Source: Octopus sinensis (taxonomy: Eukaryota). From it: a stretch of DNA of 64,000 bases. The stretch lies in NCBI RefSeq assembly GCF_006345805.1, contig NC_042997.1, positions 67,394,001 to 67,458,000 on the forward strand, given 5' to 3'. Below the pieces are notes generated by a model that saw only the letters and a list, made by a program, of their open reading frames with translations, was not told the origin of the DNA and ran no database searches. Made by a program: the position numbers and the translations under genes. This document shows, in pieces, positions 1 through 12,086 of this stretch (position 1 is its first letter; every line of letters begins with the position of its first letter).

Positions 1-550
1 TGGAGATCTTGACAGATTTGGACACGAAATTCTTCCTGCTCAGAGGTCAGCAGGAGGGGGAGGGCAAACTTGGCAAAGGCACACCACAAGTTCAATTCAG
101 ATATTAGGATCGCATGCACAGGCCCATACAACAGACCAACAATATCAATGTCACTGATTGTCTTCCAATGATCCTCACGCACAAACTGATAAATTTTCTC
201 CACATTTCCTGGGGTGACGTTCACTACAGGTCTTCCAGATTGCTCATCATCTTCCAGGGATGTTCTTCTGCTTTTGAAGCACCTGTACCACTTGAAACAA
301 TGCATACGACCCACTGCCTCATCACCATAAGCTTGCCAAAGCATGCTCAATGTCTAAACATCCCAAGTTTAACACAAAATTTCACATTGGCCGTTTCAAC
401 TTCCTGTCCAATACAAAAATCACATACATGTGATCTTAAAAACACAAATTTCACAACTTGCAAAGTAAACACAATGATGTCACTTGGCACACTGCCTCTT
501 GAAGGTCACTGAGCATGCAACTGTGTACTGCCATTTATTGGTGTACTACA
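1..550 (-). mobile_element. Decayed mariner-type transposase fragment (N-terminal HTH region), truncated by the window edge
   Basis: Minus-strand translation gives AYGDEAVGRMHCFKWYRCFKSRRTSLEDDEQSGRP, typical of the mariner N-terminus. The + strand ORF 114-512 is its antisense shadow. Confidence 0.75.
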
Positions 551-862
551 GTGAGGTTTGTCACAGTAGATTCATCTAAATAATACAATGCAGATATAGA
601 AAATCAGATAAGAAGATCATGGACAAAAACCAAGTTATTACTAATTAGTACTTGAAACCTCCACAGTCTAAACAGTAGGAACTGTGTGTTCATAAACACA
701 GTCAATACCTTATAATCAGTGAAATCAATTTTATACACTGAGAGCTCACGTAAACTGACGTTGAATAACCTGCTTAAACTCGTCACATGTACTTGACATG
801 ATTATTGTTACTGTAAGCTATGCTGGACTAATCAGAGACACTGGAGAAAGCAAGTTAATATT

Positions 863-1072
863 GATTTCAAATTTTGGCACAAAGCCAGCAAGTTTGGGGC
901 AAGAGGAATAGTCGATTAGACTGATCTGAGTAATCAACAAGTACTTATCAATCCTGAAAGGACAAAAGACAAAGCTGACATTGGCAGAATTTGAACTGTG
1001 GGTGTAAAGACAAACACAACGTCGTTAAGCATTTTGCCTGGCATACTAACCTTTCTGCCAGCTCACTACCTT
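863..1072 (-). mobile_element. tRNA-derived SINE, family B (abundant octopus-type SINE)
   Basis: Matches the family consensus (gagctggcagaa..gttag..gttcaaattc..ctttcatcc..aagtac..ggccttgtgccaaaatttgaaa). Flanked by a 16-bp direct repeat aaagcaagttaatatt at 847-862 and 1073-1088 (TSD). Confidence 0.85.
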
Positions 1073-2120
1073 AAAGCAAGTTAATATTACCATTTCATAA
1101 TAATTCAACAGGTCTAAAAGCATCTTGATCCTTCCATCATCTATCATGCACAGCAATAAAGAAAATGAGCTGTAGCTCAGCATTTTTTTTTTGTTTGTTT
1201 GTTTTCAAGGGAGACGACATGGGTATTCGTTCCTGAGTGCTTTTCCTAACTCCAAAGACTGGACGTTTTCTTATGCCAGTGGGATGACAAAAATTTTCAG
1301 TAGTATAACCAAAGAGTCCTTTCTGCCCTGTATAAGTTTTTCTCAAAGTCACTGCTCTCCTTAATAGGTGGTGGTTGCCTGTATTTTCCTTTGCAGAGCC
1401 CAAATTTCCATTTGTTACCTTGCTTTAACAAGGCCTTTATAGCCATATATCTTTTCTATCATGAATCACTTTACATCTATCATCATCAGTGTGAACTGGA
1501 TGCATTTTATCAAGTCGCCCCCATAAAATAATGAAACTGAAGTTGAAGTGAAAAATGCCATTAAGCATTAAAAAGGAAAAATCATACGAGATTTGTATCA
1601 CAAATACCATAATGTATGAGAGTAAAAACATGTGATGACTAGGAAGGAATATACCTGAGCACAACCAGACACTGAATATAAAAATTCAATTCAGAACAAG
1701 TAGGTTAAGAAAATGATCAAGCATAAATATATTAATCTATGTAGGTAAGAGGAACAATATTTAAACCTACAGAAGTTTGTAGTCAAAGCTAAGAGATAGA
1801 CTCTTGGTTAGCTAAGTTTGTGACTTAGTTTGAAATCTTGTTTAGAGACATTGGACCTCATTTTTAACTCAGAATTGATTAACTTACAGGCTGATTTTCC
1901 CATCACCTACTATAATGAAGATACTCAACATAGGACAACGAAATCTTTTCAATTTGTTAGCTGGAACATGGAGAGTAAATGCAAAAAAAAATGTGAAATC
2001 TTGAGATTACTAGAATAGTTCTTAGACAATTCAGTCTCACTAACAGGATGATGCAGAACCAAGACACAAAATATTAAAACTAATGAGTATATTTTCAAAT
2101 TAGATAAGGAATACAATATA

Positions 2121-3714
2121 CAGTTGCGGCCAAAATGTTCAGAACGGCATTGTTTTCGTCAGAAAAATAGGTATAAGTTTTTATCAAAGTTGTTTTATAT
2201 TCTATAATTTTCACAGACAATAAATACAATAATAATTGTTATTGTCTGAGATTTTGGTGTAATTTGAGAGGATAATACAAAAGTTATGGATGATTTAGTG
2301 ATTTACTGCAAAACCCATGGTGGCAAAAATAATCAAAAATGACAGAATACTGGAATTATTTAATATTTAGTGTGAAGCCCTTTAGCTTCAATCACACTGA
2401 CATCTTCAACTGCATGAGGAAATTAAATTTTCAATTTCTTGCTGGGTGATCTTATTCCATTCTTCCTGAAGGGCATTCCATAATTGCTCAGTTGTTTTAG
2501 GATTTCTGGCTTTCGAGCGTTCTCCTAGAATATTCCACACATTTTCAATAGGATTGAGATCTGGGCTTTGAGCTGGCCAATCCATAACAATAACCTTTTC
2601 AGCCTTGAGGAAGTTCATGACCACCTTAGCCTTGTGACATGGAGCATTGTCCTGCATGAATATGGGTGGTCGCTTAGTTGAATTTCTCAGCACAGGCAAG
2701 ATATATCTTTTACAAGTTGTTTATAAACTCCTGCATTTAACTTTCCATGTAATCGCACCAAAGGGCCCACACCATCTCCAGATATCATTCCCCAAACCAT
2801 GACACTTCCTCCACCGAATTTAACACTAGTCTTAAGGCATTTAGGCACAATTTTTCACCTACTTTTCTACGAATGTACCTTGTCCCATCTGAGCCAAATA
2901 GCATAAACTTAGATTCATCACTGAAATGCACCGTTTGCCATTTTTCTTGAGACCACAACACATGTTTGGTTGCAAAGGTAAGACGACACTTTTTATTCTT
3001 GGAACTGATCAGTGGCTTCACTGCAGGTGCTCTTGCTTGTAAGTCATGTTCAACTAAACGACGAGACACAGTTTTTTGAGATAAAGTTTTCTTCAATACA
3101 ATGCTCATTTTCCGAGAAACAGCAGCAGCAGTTTTAAATCTGTCCGTTTTAACCAAATTTACCATAGCACGATCTTCTCTCTTGGTCGTTTTTCTTGGCC
3201 TACCTGTAAACTTTCTTGCTTCACACGAACCACAATCATCGTAAACCTTAAGAATACCGTATACAACACTTTTTGACTTGTTAACAATCTTTGCAATAGA
3301 TCCAATACTTAAATTATCCTTCCTTCGAAGCTTAATAATCTGCTGACGAATTGGTAACGGAGTAAGTGGCATTATATTAACAAAGTACACTGCAAATATT
3401 CTTACTAATGTTTAGTAAACGAACCGTCACGTAAACAAATTCAAAACATTAGAGTTCGCCGGTTAAATATACTAAAACACGGAGTAAAAGCAACCGTTCT
3501 GATCATTTTGGCCACCATGGGTTTTGCAGTAAATCACTAAATCATCCATAACTTTTGTATTATCCTCTCAAATTACACCAAAATCTCAGGCAATAACAAA
3601 TAATATCGTATTTATTGTCTGTGAAAATTATAGAATATAAAACAACTTTGATAAAAACTTATACCTATTTTTCTGACGAAAACAATGCCGTTCTGAACAT
3701 TTTGGCCGCAACTG
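2121..3714 (-). mobile_element. Full-length Tc1-family (DD34E) DNA transposon with IR/DR-type long terminal inverted repeats
   Basis: TA flanks at 2119-2120 and 3715-3716. About 210-bp TIRs start cagttgcggccaaaatgttcagaacgg, with an inner repeat ggtggccaaaatgatcagaacgg. Transposase remnants lie on the minus strand. Confidence 0.95.
2360..3372 (-). pseudogene. Tc1 transposase pseudogene
   Basis: HTH region, then FSDESKF (D), MQDNAPCH (D), SPDLNPIEN (E) and C-terminal EAKGLHTKY*. Two frameshifts (near 2845 and 2705) and one TGA at 2406-2408. Confidence 0.9.
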
Positions 3715-6661
3715 TATATTTAAAAATTAAATTTCAGCCTTGAAACAGATTAAATACACTAAATACATTACAGGCAAAGAATTGGTTATTTAGAAGAGTT
3801 TTTTTTTTCTTTGGTACAACAAAGGGTCATTATTTTTTCTAGGTAAGGAACATTTATATGAGGATGGATATAAAGCATTAGAAAAATTATCTCAATAGCC
3901 AGTCAGTTTGAAGTCACTGATCTTCAGTTCACCTGGTAGTTATGTTATGGAACCCAAGGTTATAAAAGCTAACCTAAATAGATTCAAACTACAGAAATGA
4001 AGACTGAACTTCTTACCATATTGTTTCCATTCCCAGTATTTTGTGCTGTCTCAACCACAGACAGTTATAGAATTTATTTCAAAGAATGAATTACTTTTAA
4101 AGATATATTAATTACAGTATTAGACTTTGAAATCTACAACAGCTGTTTAAACTGCCATAATAATTATAGTGTTATTATCATTCAACACCGCTAGCAAATA
4201 TAGCTTGAGCAAATGTTACGAAAGAAGACAATGTAAGGTATCCAGTGTACCCCGATACAGAGGGTGTTTTAGTTCAACAAGTGCATTTGATCGATCTCAT
4301 AGCAGTGACCACCCTTTAGTGTGAGGTATAGTAGCCCAAAATCAAAGTCTTAAAATATGGTTCCTAATCGGTGGAGGGGGGCTGCAGTCAGGTTTAACTA
4401 CTACACTGAAGAGAAAAACAATTACACCTGCAGAATGTCCACTGGAGGCCTGTGAGCGAAGATGTGCATGTGTCAGGTATTTTGCATTACTGTTTATCAA
4501 GCGATTTAACTTGAAATCCCAGTCAAAACACTTTGGCAAGAACAGGGCATGCACCCCACAGGCTTTTATCTTGAGGCCCACTTGATACTTTCTTGAAATG
4601 GAGTTTATTTAAACATTTTTAAAATTTTATCAAAAATCAAAAGATTGTTTTATGAAAAGTAAAGAAAGATACTACTGTTTTTGCAACGATAATATGTTAA
4701 ATCAACGATCATTCATTCATTATTGTAATAATAGCATGAGAAAGCAAAATGCTTTCAATTCTGACAGTATACAAGCGGCCTCAAAAAACTTTGATCAAAG
4801 TGGCCCACAATGTAATTCGAGTTGGCCAGGCCTGGTCTAGAACAAGGAGCAGCATTTATGGTCCTTACAAGTTCTCTGAGACTAACAGGGTTAATTTTCC
4901 TCTTGAACACTAACAAGTCGACGATGAAGGAATGACATGGGCAGAGAGTGATGGACAGAGCATAGTGGTTAGTACAGGAACGGGTAACTAGGAAGAGAAA
5001 CGAAAACGTCGGGAAAGCTAGAGTAAAAAGTAATACGAGACTAACCAGCAACTTGGTAATGTCGTACAGAACATTTAAAACCTAATATTAAGGATTCTGT
5101 TATTTTATTAAATATCAGAGGTTTACTAATGTAAAGTAAGTCTTTCGTTGTACATTAGTCACCTAATCACAGAATCTTCCCTTGTATCTGTCAAATGTTA
5201 GTTTTTTTTTGACCAGCTCATATAAGCCGATGGATTAAATATAGTTTACATTCCATCCCCCTTCCTAACACTCTTCCCCTTCGCATTATCTTTTTCACCA
5301 TCACCTCCAACATCAGTGACCAGGTCACAAATGCATGACAGACAATTACACACCGTTATAAAAAAAAATTAAAGCAAGTAAAAAACTATATATTAACCCA
5401 GTGTGTGTACGTGTGTTGTAAATGACTAATATTATCACAATACAAAAATTTTATTTCTTAAGAATACCAGAAATAATGTTAAACGTGTGCTTGAACCAAT
5501 ATTTAAGAATTCAGGTTCGATTTATGAAAGAATAAAACCATATTTGTTTCAATAAACAGTGATCAGAAATAAACTTGTATCTAGGTAGAACATTCTTTCC
5601 AGACAAAGACTGCTATTTATTAGTTTTCTTTTAATTTAAGAGTACCTAACATAACAGAGGCATACATACAGAAATGTTTTAATAGCTTATTAACAGAAAG
5701 ATCAAATCAACCTACAACCTTTGACTAGCTGTAAGGAACACACATCCGGGCGTAATGAGTTGGTTAATAGCCTCGTAGTGTTAACGTAGATTGAAAATAT
5801 AAATAGATAAAAAGGAGAAAATGCTATTTAAATGTGTTGAGCAAAACTGTATAAATATATATATTCTACATGTACGTTCAACTTTCCAAAAAGAAAAAAA
5901 ATCCAATAGTCTCAAATCTTATCTAATCATTTCCCTATTCTTTAACAGAAAACAGAAAACTAATGCAAAATATATCGAGGTAAACAGAAAGCATGACGAA
6001 ATAGACAGGAAGACATAAGTTACTCATCAAAAGGCATATCAATCAATAGAATAACAAGCATAAAGTATTAAATATAATGTAGTCTATCGAATGGGTTAAT
6101 TTAAAATATAGATGGTGTATATATGCAGAAATCTGCATCACTAACAGAAATAATGAAACATCCTCTTGATACTTATTATAAAGCTCGATAGAGATGAAAG
6201 CTTGAATACATATCCTTTTAAAAGTAACAAATGCGTCAATATGAATTGGAATGTGTGAGTTAGTTAAACAGGTGCTTATCTTTAATCCTTCTGCTGTTGT
6301 GCGAAACCATCGGGTGTAATATTGAAACGAAAGTAACTACGCTTCTACAATTTTTTCCTGTCGGATCTAGTTTATGTTCATATAATAACATTAAAAATCT
6401 CAGCGAACAATTTTTGCGCGCGCGCGTGTGTATACATATACATATATATATATATATAAAACACATACATGTATGTATATATATATACACAGACACCTAT
6501 AACTTATTAGATAGGAAGATATGACAATAAAACGACAAGCTAACACAAACACATGTCAACAGTAAAACTGGTTATAAAACTCTATAGTTATACTTGCAAT
6601 GAACGAACACACAAATAAAATTTGATATCTCAAATCCGTCTGAAAATAAATTTGAACAAAC

Positions 6662-6748
6662 CTTTTTCAAAACAGGGCCAAATTCCACATATTCGGGGCT
6701 GTGTTTTAAAGAAAAACATAACATTGGCATACGAGGAACAGCCTCCAT
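6662..6748 (-). CDS. PTPN23: Coding exon 1 of tyrosine-protein phosphatase non-receptor type 23 (HD-PTP, Bro1 domain)
   Basis: Translates to MEAVPRMPMLCFSLKHSPEYVEFGPVLKK. I recall human PTPN23 starting MEAVPRMPMIWLDLKEAGDFHFQPAVKK. Phase-0 GT donor (aag|gtttg) follows KK; the ATG context is aagATGG. No exon 2 was recognised in 1-6661, so it is presumed beyond the window start. Confidence 0.88.
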
Positions 6749-6860
6749 CTTCAGTCTATTAACGCCGACTCTCGCGAGAAGTCGATAGCAGAACTTGACA
6801 CGCCTCTTTTATTCGTCACCATAACAAAGCTTCGCTGATATACCTGATCAAAAAAGCAGG
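6749..6860 (-). promoter_or_regulatory. Putative PTPN23 5' UTR/core promoter with TCTCGCGAGA palindrome
   Basis: CpG-rich stretch directly upstream of the ATG; perfect TCTCGCGAGA at 6770-6779. Confidence 0.55.
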
Positions 6861-7304
6861 ATTTACTTTGTTTATTGCTTCATTTTATTCATTAATTCGT
6901 GATGGACGTTATAAATGGTTTCCTTTTGTTTATATTTTGTTTTTTCTTCTTTTTCTCTGCCTTTTTGATTGCTGTGGCATGGTTGGGTAACTTACCTTTT
7001 ATATACTTAGCATACAAAAAAAATTATCTAAATGAATGAGATTATAATTTGTCAAACTATTTATTTACCGCGTCTTTGGAGATGAAATATTTAAATTTTA
7101 TTTCCCTATTGTCTACGAATTGATCTCGGATAGTCATCAGCTGTTCAGATGGACTTAAATTACATGAGTAGATAAGGGTGTTAGTGCGTTTAGTTTAGAA
7201 GTAAAGGTTCTATGTTTCGAGTCCAGGACAAGAATGAATAGGACATCTAATGACAGTCGGATAACAAAACACATCGAAACGTGAGATGAAAATGCCTAAT
7301 ACAG

Positions 7305-7445
7305 GCGCAGATGTAGCTGTGTGGTGAGAAGCTTGCTTCTCAACCACATGGTCCCGGGTTCTGCTGTGTCTTCCACTATAACCTCGGGCCGACTAATGCT
7401 TTGTGAGTGGATTTAATAGGCAGAAACCGAAAGAAGCCTGTCGTA
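7305..7445 (+). mobile_element. tRNA-derived SINE family A, 5' partial
   Basis: gctgtgtggtgagaagcttgc...ggccgactaatgctttgtgagtggattt...gaaagaagcctgtcgtatat, same family as 7811-8187. Confidence 0.7.
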
Positions 7446-7583
7446 TATATTGTTTCTCCTTGTTTCTTTCTGTGGAAGAGCATAGGCTCGAAATGTTAAA
7501 GACTTTTTCACTTCCCGAGCGTTACATTAATACATCTGTTTGTTGTCTACACCACCTGTCTTCGTCTTTTTTGTGTGTATGTG

Positions 7584-7615
<32 letters not shown>

Positions 7616-7810
7616 TGTATAATAATATGAAATACAATTATAATTAAGGGCACAGAGACTTCTGTGCCTATTTGCTAAATATAGACGCTAAATCCGTCTA
7701 ACAACTCAAAATCACTTTATAATTTACACAGGTTGAAAGCGAGGAAGTAGACTGATAGAAATTCATAAAATAATTCAGACAGTTTTGGATTGACCAATTT
7801 CTGGATTAGT

Positions 7811-7962
7811 GGCTGTGTGGTAAGTAGCTTGCTAACAAACCACATGATTCCGGGTTCAGTCCCACTGCGTGGCATCTTGGGCAAGTGTCTTCTGCTATAG
7901 CCCCGGGCCGACCAATGCCTTGTGAGTGGATTTCGTAGACGGAAACTGAAAGAAGCCTGTTG

Positions 7963-7997
<35 letters not shown>

Positions 7998-8187
7998 CTG
8001 TGTTTGTCCCCCTAGCATTGCTTGACAACCGATGCTGGTGTGTTTACGTCCCCGTTACTTAGCGGTTCGGCAAAAAAGAGACCGATAGACTGGGCTTACA
8101 AAGAATAAGTCCCGGGGTCGATTTGCTCGACTAAAGGCGGTGCTCCAGTATGGCCGCGGTCAAATGACTGAAACAAGTAAAAGAGAA
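7811..8187 (+). mobile_element. tRNA-derived SINE family A, near full length
   Basis: A/B-box-like head (tggctgtgtggtaag ... gggttcagtccc), ttgggcaagtgtctt core, internal (TA)/(TG) microsatellite, 3' end gactgaaacaagtaaaagag. Confidence 0.85.
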
Positions 8188-8208
8188 TACATACATACAC
8201 ACACACAC

Positions 8209-8244
<36 letters not shown>

Positions 8245-8402
8245 CACCCCAACATCGCTTACGTCCCCGTAACTTAGCGGTTCGGCAAAACAGACCGATA
8301 AAATAAGCACAAGGCTTATTGGGGTCGATTTCTTCGACTAAAAAACCCTTTGAAGCGGTGTTCCAGCATGGCCGCAGTACAATGACTGAGACAAGTAAAA
8401 GA
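8245..8402 (+). mobile_element. SINE family A, 3' part
   Basis: acttagcggttcggcaaaa...gtcaaatgactga-like 3' half. Confidence 0.75.
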
Positions 8403-8974
8403 AGAAAAGAATGTGTGTGTGTGTGTGTGTTATAATTTAGAACAAACAGTAAGCTGTCATTATATAGTACTCGGAATATATATATTAATGGTGAGATTAA
8501 CAGATGGAAACATTCAATATTATTAACAACTCATCTAAGATATTTTGGTCAATTAGAAGGCTAGAAAATGCAGTCAGTACTGGACATATTGTTGACCTCT
8601 ATGGGGTAAAAATGAAATTGGCCTACACCACCCACACCTGAGGGGTGTAATTGTAAACATAAAGAACTAAAACTACAAAGTTTCGAGCTTTTGGTCTCAT
8701 CTCGATCGTTTCTGGTCAACTTATCTGAATTGAAATTCAAGATTATCAGGGAAAATGCATTCTACAGGTTAAATTGCGACGAAATTGTATTTTGCATTTA
8801 TTCAATAGAAAATGTAACTTTTCTAAAAATGCATGCTATTTTAGTCAGCATAAAAGCTGGCTCTTTTTCGAAGTGCAATAGAAAAGTCCTTGGGAGTGAT
8901 ATAAAAAATAAAATAATCAGGATCATGTTTAGGCACTGAAGAGGAATTAAAAATCGACTGAAAGATGCAAGTAT

Positions 8975-9548
8975 ACTCTTTTTACTCTTTTACTCGTTTC
9001 AGTCATTTGACTGCGGCCATGCTGGAGCACCGCCTTTAATCGAGCAACTCGACCCCGGGACTTATTCTTTTGTAAGCCCAGTACTTATTCTATTGGTCTC
9101 TTTTGCCGAACCGCTAAGTAACGGGGACATAAACACACCAGCATCAGCTGTCAAGCAATGCTAGGGGGACAAACACAGACACACAAACAGACACGCGTAC
9201 ATATATATACATATATACGACAGGCTTCTTTCAGTTTCCGTCTACCAAATCCACTCACAAGGCTTTGGTCGGCCCGAGGTTCTAGTAGAAGACACTTGCC
9301 CAATGTCACAAACAGACACGCGTACATATATACATATATACGACAGGCTTCTTTCAGTTTCCGTCTACCAAATCCACTCACAAGGCTTTGGTCGGCCCGA
9401 GGTTCTAGTAGAAGACACTTGCCCAATGTCACAAACAGACACGCGTACATATATATACATATATACGACAGGCTTCTTTCAGTTTCCGTCTACCAAATCC
9501 ACTCACAAGGCTTTGGTCGGCCCGAGGCTCTAGTAGAAGACACTTGCC
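8975..9548 (-). mobile_element. SINE family A with internal tandem triplication
   Basis: 3' half at 8975-9180, followed by three 123-125 bp tandem copies of the central segment starting at 9182, 9307 and 9430. Confidence 0.85.
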
Positions 9549-9820
9549 AGACAAACGTATCATTAACAGTAAGAAGGTTTTTTTGGGGGGTGGGGGGAGA
9601 TTCCTTTCAACGGAAGACGTTTCTACAAAAAATAAGGAAGAATTAAAATTATTTTTAGGATTGGTAGATGTTTATTGTCAACTTTTGCCAAAATGTTTTT
9701 AAATAGTCAAACTATATGTGACATTGCACAAGAAAACTGTCGAATTTACCGAGACAAATGGTTGACAAAAAGCACTCAAAAATTTTAAAACGGTATGAGC
9801 TGTCATGAAGATAATTATTG

Positions 9821-10039
9821 ATTTCAAATTTTGGCACAAGGCCAGTAAGTTCGGGGGAGGGGTAAGCCGATTATATTGATCCTAGTGTTTGACTGGTAAT
9901 TATTTTATCAAACCCGGAAGGATGAAAGACAAAGTCGACCTCAGTGGAATTTGAACTCAGAACGTAGTCAGACAAAATGTCGCCCAGCATTTTGCCCGGG
10001 GTGCTAACAATTCTATCAGCTCGCTGCATTAATTTTGTA
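9821..10039 (-). mobile_element. SINE family B
   Basis: Consensus match; near-identical 13-bp flanks aagataattattg / aagatgattattg. Confidence 0.85.
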
Positions 10040-11227
10040 AAGATGATTATTGCCAGCAAAGATGCTGCCACAATGACGTCCAATTGTATATAAAGAATTT
10101 ATTACAAGATAACCACCAGTGTTTTTTTATATATCAAAGCGGTTGACTTCTGATATACCTGTCTCATCGAAACTTTGGTCTTCGTGTTAGTTTCCATTCT
10201 TCTTTGAATTTGTACCCAGAATTTTCAAGTTCAGCCTGCCAAATTCACCACCATCTTAGGTAAGACGAGAGTTCAATCTACATAAACCTATTCACTTATA
10301 TTGTTACTGACCCAGTTCAACTTTAGCACAGTCATAACTTCGAGATATTTATAGAAAAAATAATAATTTTCCTTCGGTCACTAGTAGACAATTAACTTAT
10401 CACCAATGGCAACTTTACGCGAGCTTCACATTAACTTTGACACAGATTCTCTATCAAAACATTCTAACATTTGTATTTATTTTTAATTCGTAGCAGTTGT
10501 GATAAATGTCATAACAGTTACAGTTGAGTAAAATCATCTTGCGTCAATTTCTTTCAATGTGCCTGGTAATGACAATGCAACATGCACCTTTTTTTGTTTT
10601 TGCGATCAGCCTTCTCAACTTCCCACATGCAACCTTTATCCCAAATTCTTACCAATCACAATTATACCGTCACATCGGGTGACCTCTGCTTATTACATTT
10701 AACAGAATAATGATTCAATATGATTCAACTGGAAACAATATTTCTGTCGTTACAAGAAACAAAATTAGAAATTTGATTCATGCAGGATCAAATAAGCGAA
10801 GATTATAGCAATAGTGGTGACGGTGCCTCACTCGAACTATCGCAGTTTCGAGTCTCCATTCACTGTCGCCAGGCCTAGCATATTCGAATCGTATACTCTC
10901 TGGTTTAGGCATACAAAATCTACAAATGACAGAAAGTGGTAAGGATTTTGACATTCATCAATGAAATAAATACTACGCAGCGTATAATCTATTAAACATA
11001 CTCTTACATATTGTTTTAGATTAAAAGCTTAAATGATGTGTGTAACTGTTTCTAATGGTGATGTTTAACAGTAGATATGCTTTGAACGGGTAAATCTATG
11101 ATCAAAAACGTTACAGTTGAGAACAGGGGGTGCAAGCACATTCCCCAGAGAGAAAGAGAGAGAGAGAGATGCAGATAGCGTTTGTACTGTCAGAGTAAAG
11201 ATACATCAACAGCAAGAAAAGTAAATA

Positions 11228-12086
11228 CCGTAAATTTTCGAGTATAATCCGCATTTTTTCCCAAAAAAATTTAAAGGTCAAAATCCCTAGTGCGTACTAT
11301 ATACGAGGTTAAAAATGAAAAATATTTTCTAAGCAATATCCGAGTCTCTATTTGCTGTCCGGCAATGTTTATTCAGACGCATTTTGTGATGTCGGGTGCG
11401 AAAATACCTTAAGCTAAGCTGAAAGCAATGAAGAATCATCTATAACTTACAGTAAGCAACATTTATTCAAATAAAAGTATTCAGAACACAGAATAACATG
11501 TAACAAGGATCTTTTCGGTTTGAACGGCAGTTTTTAACATAATTTCTAGGTAACTAAAAAATTTTAAACTTCGTATACTGGTAGAATGTGTTTATAAAAC
11601 ATCTTTTTCTCTTGGCTTTATTGAGAAAATTCTATAGTTTGTAAGATATTTGTTGGTTTTTCTTCAATTTCTGCAATTTCAACCAATCAATGACGTCTAT
11701 TGAGTTAAAAAGCATTCTGTGCCGTATGAATATGTCCCTCGTTTAAGAAACAGATTGGGTTTATTTACATTTGTGAAGAAAAAAAGATACCTTTCCCCCC
11801 ACCCCTAACCCTAAAACAGGTTGAAATGCAATAGATCGATTCTAGGTTCATAATTATGGGTGACAATTTCATATGACACTGCTAGAAAAAACTGCCGTTC
11901 AAACCGAAAAAATCCTGTAGCAAAAACAATTTGCAGACATATTCACATTCCCATATAACAGTTAAGAACATCATCATTAGTGTATTACGCATGCGCGGAA
12001 GTATTTGTTCGAATAGGTGCTGCTAGCTTAATTACGCACAATTCAAGTATAATACTCAAGGGCGGACTATACTCGAGGATTTACGG
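11228..12086. mobile_element. Non-autonomous Tc1/mariner-superfamily (pogo/Tigger-like) MITE interrupted by a nested MITE
   Basis: TA flanks; imperfect TIRs ccgtaaattttcgagtataatccgc / gcggactatactcgaggatttacgg. Subfamily assignment is tentative. Confidence 0.75.
11507..11915 (+). mobile_element. 409-bp MITE with 8-bp TSD and GG...CC termini (Merlin-like), copy 1
   Basis: About 29-bp TIR ggatcttttcggtttgaacggcagttttt; flanks tgtaacaa / tgtagcaa (7/8 identical). Confidence 0.85.

Noticed and set aside
700-1970. Possible AG-GT bounded minus-strand segments (about 707-765 and 1887-1957) as PTPN23 exon 2
   Set aside because: Translations do not resemble the Bro1 sequence expected after ...VLKK.
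4955-5000. catagtggttagtac resembling a tRNA A-box/D-arm
   Set aside because: No B-box, T-arm or acceptor stem downstream. No genuine tRNA gene was found in the window.
7225-7295. ctaatga...gaaacgt motif
   Set aside because: Core mutated, and neither helix I nor helix II can be formed convincingly.
7470-7570. gtggaagagcataggctcgaaatgt, a hammerhead-like GAAGA-stem-GAAA arrangement
   Set aside because: Lacks the CUGA core and a clear helix I; at best a degenerate PLE remnant.
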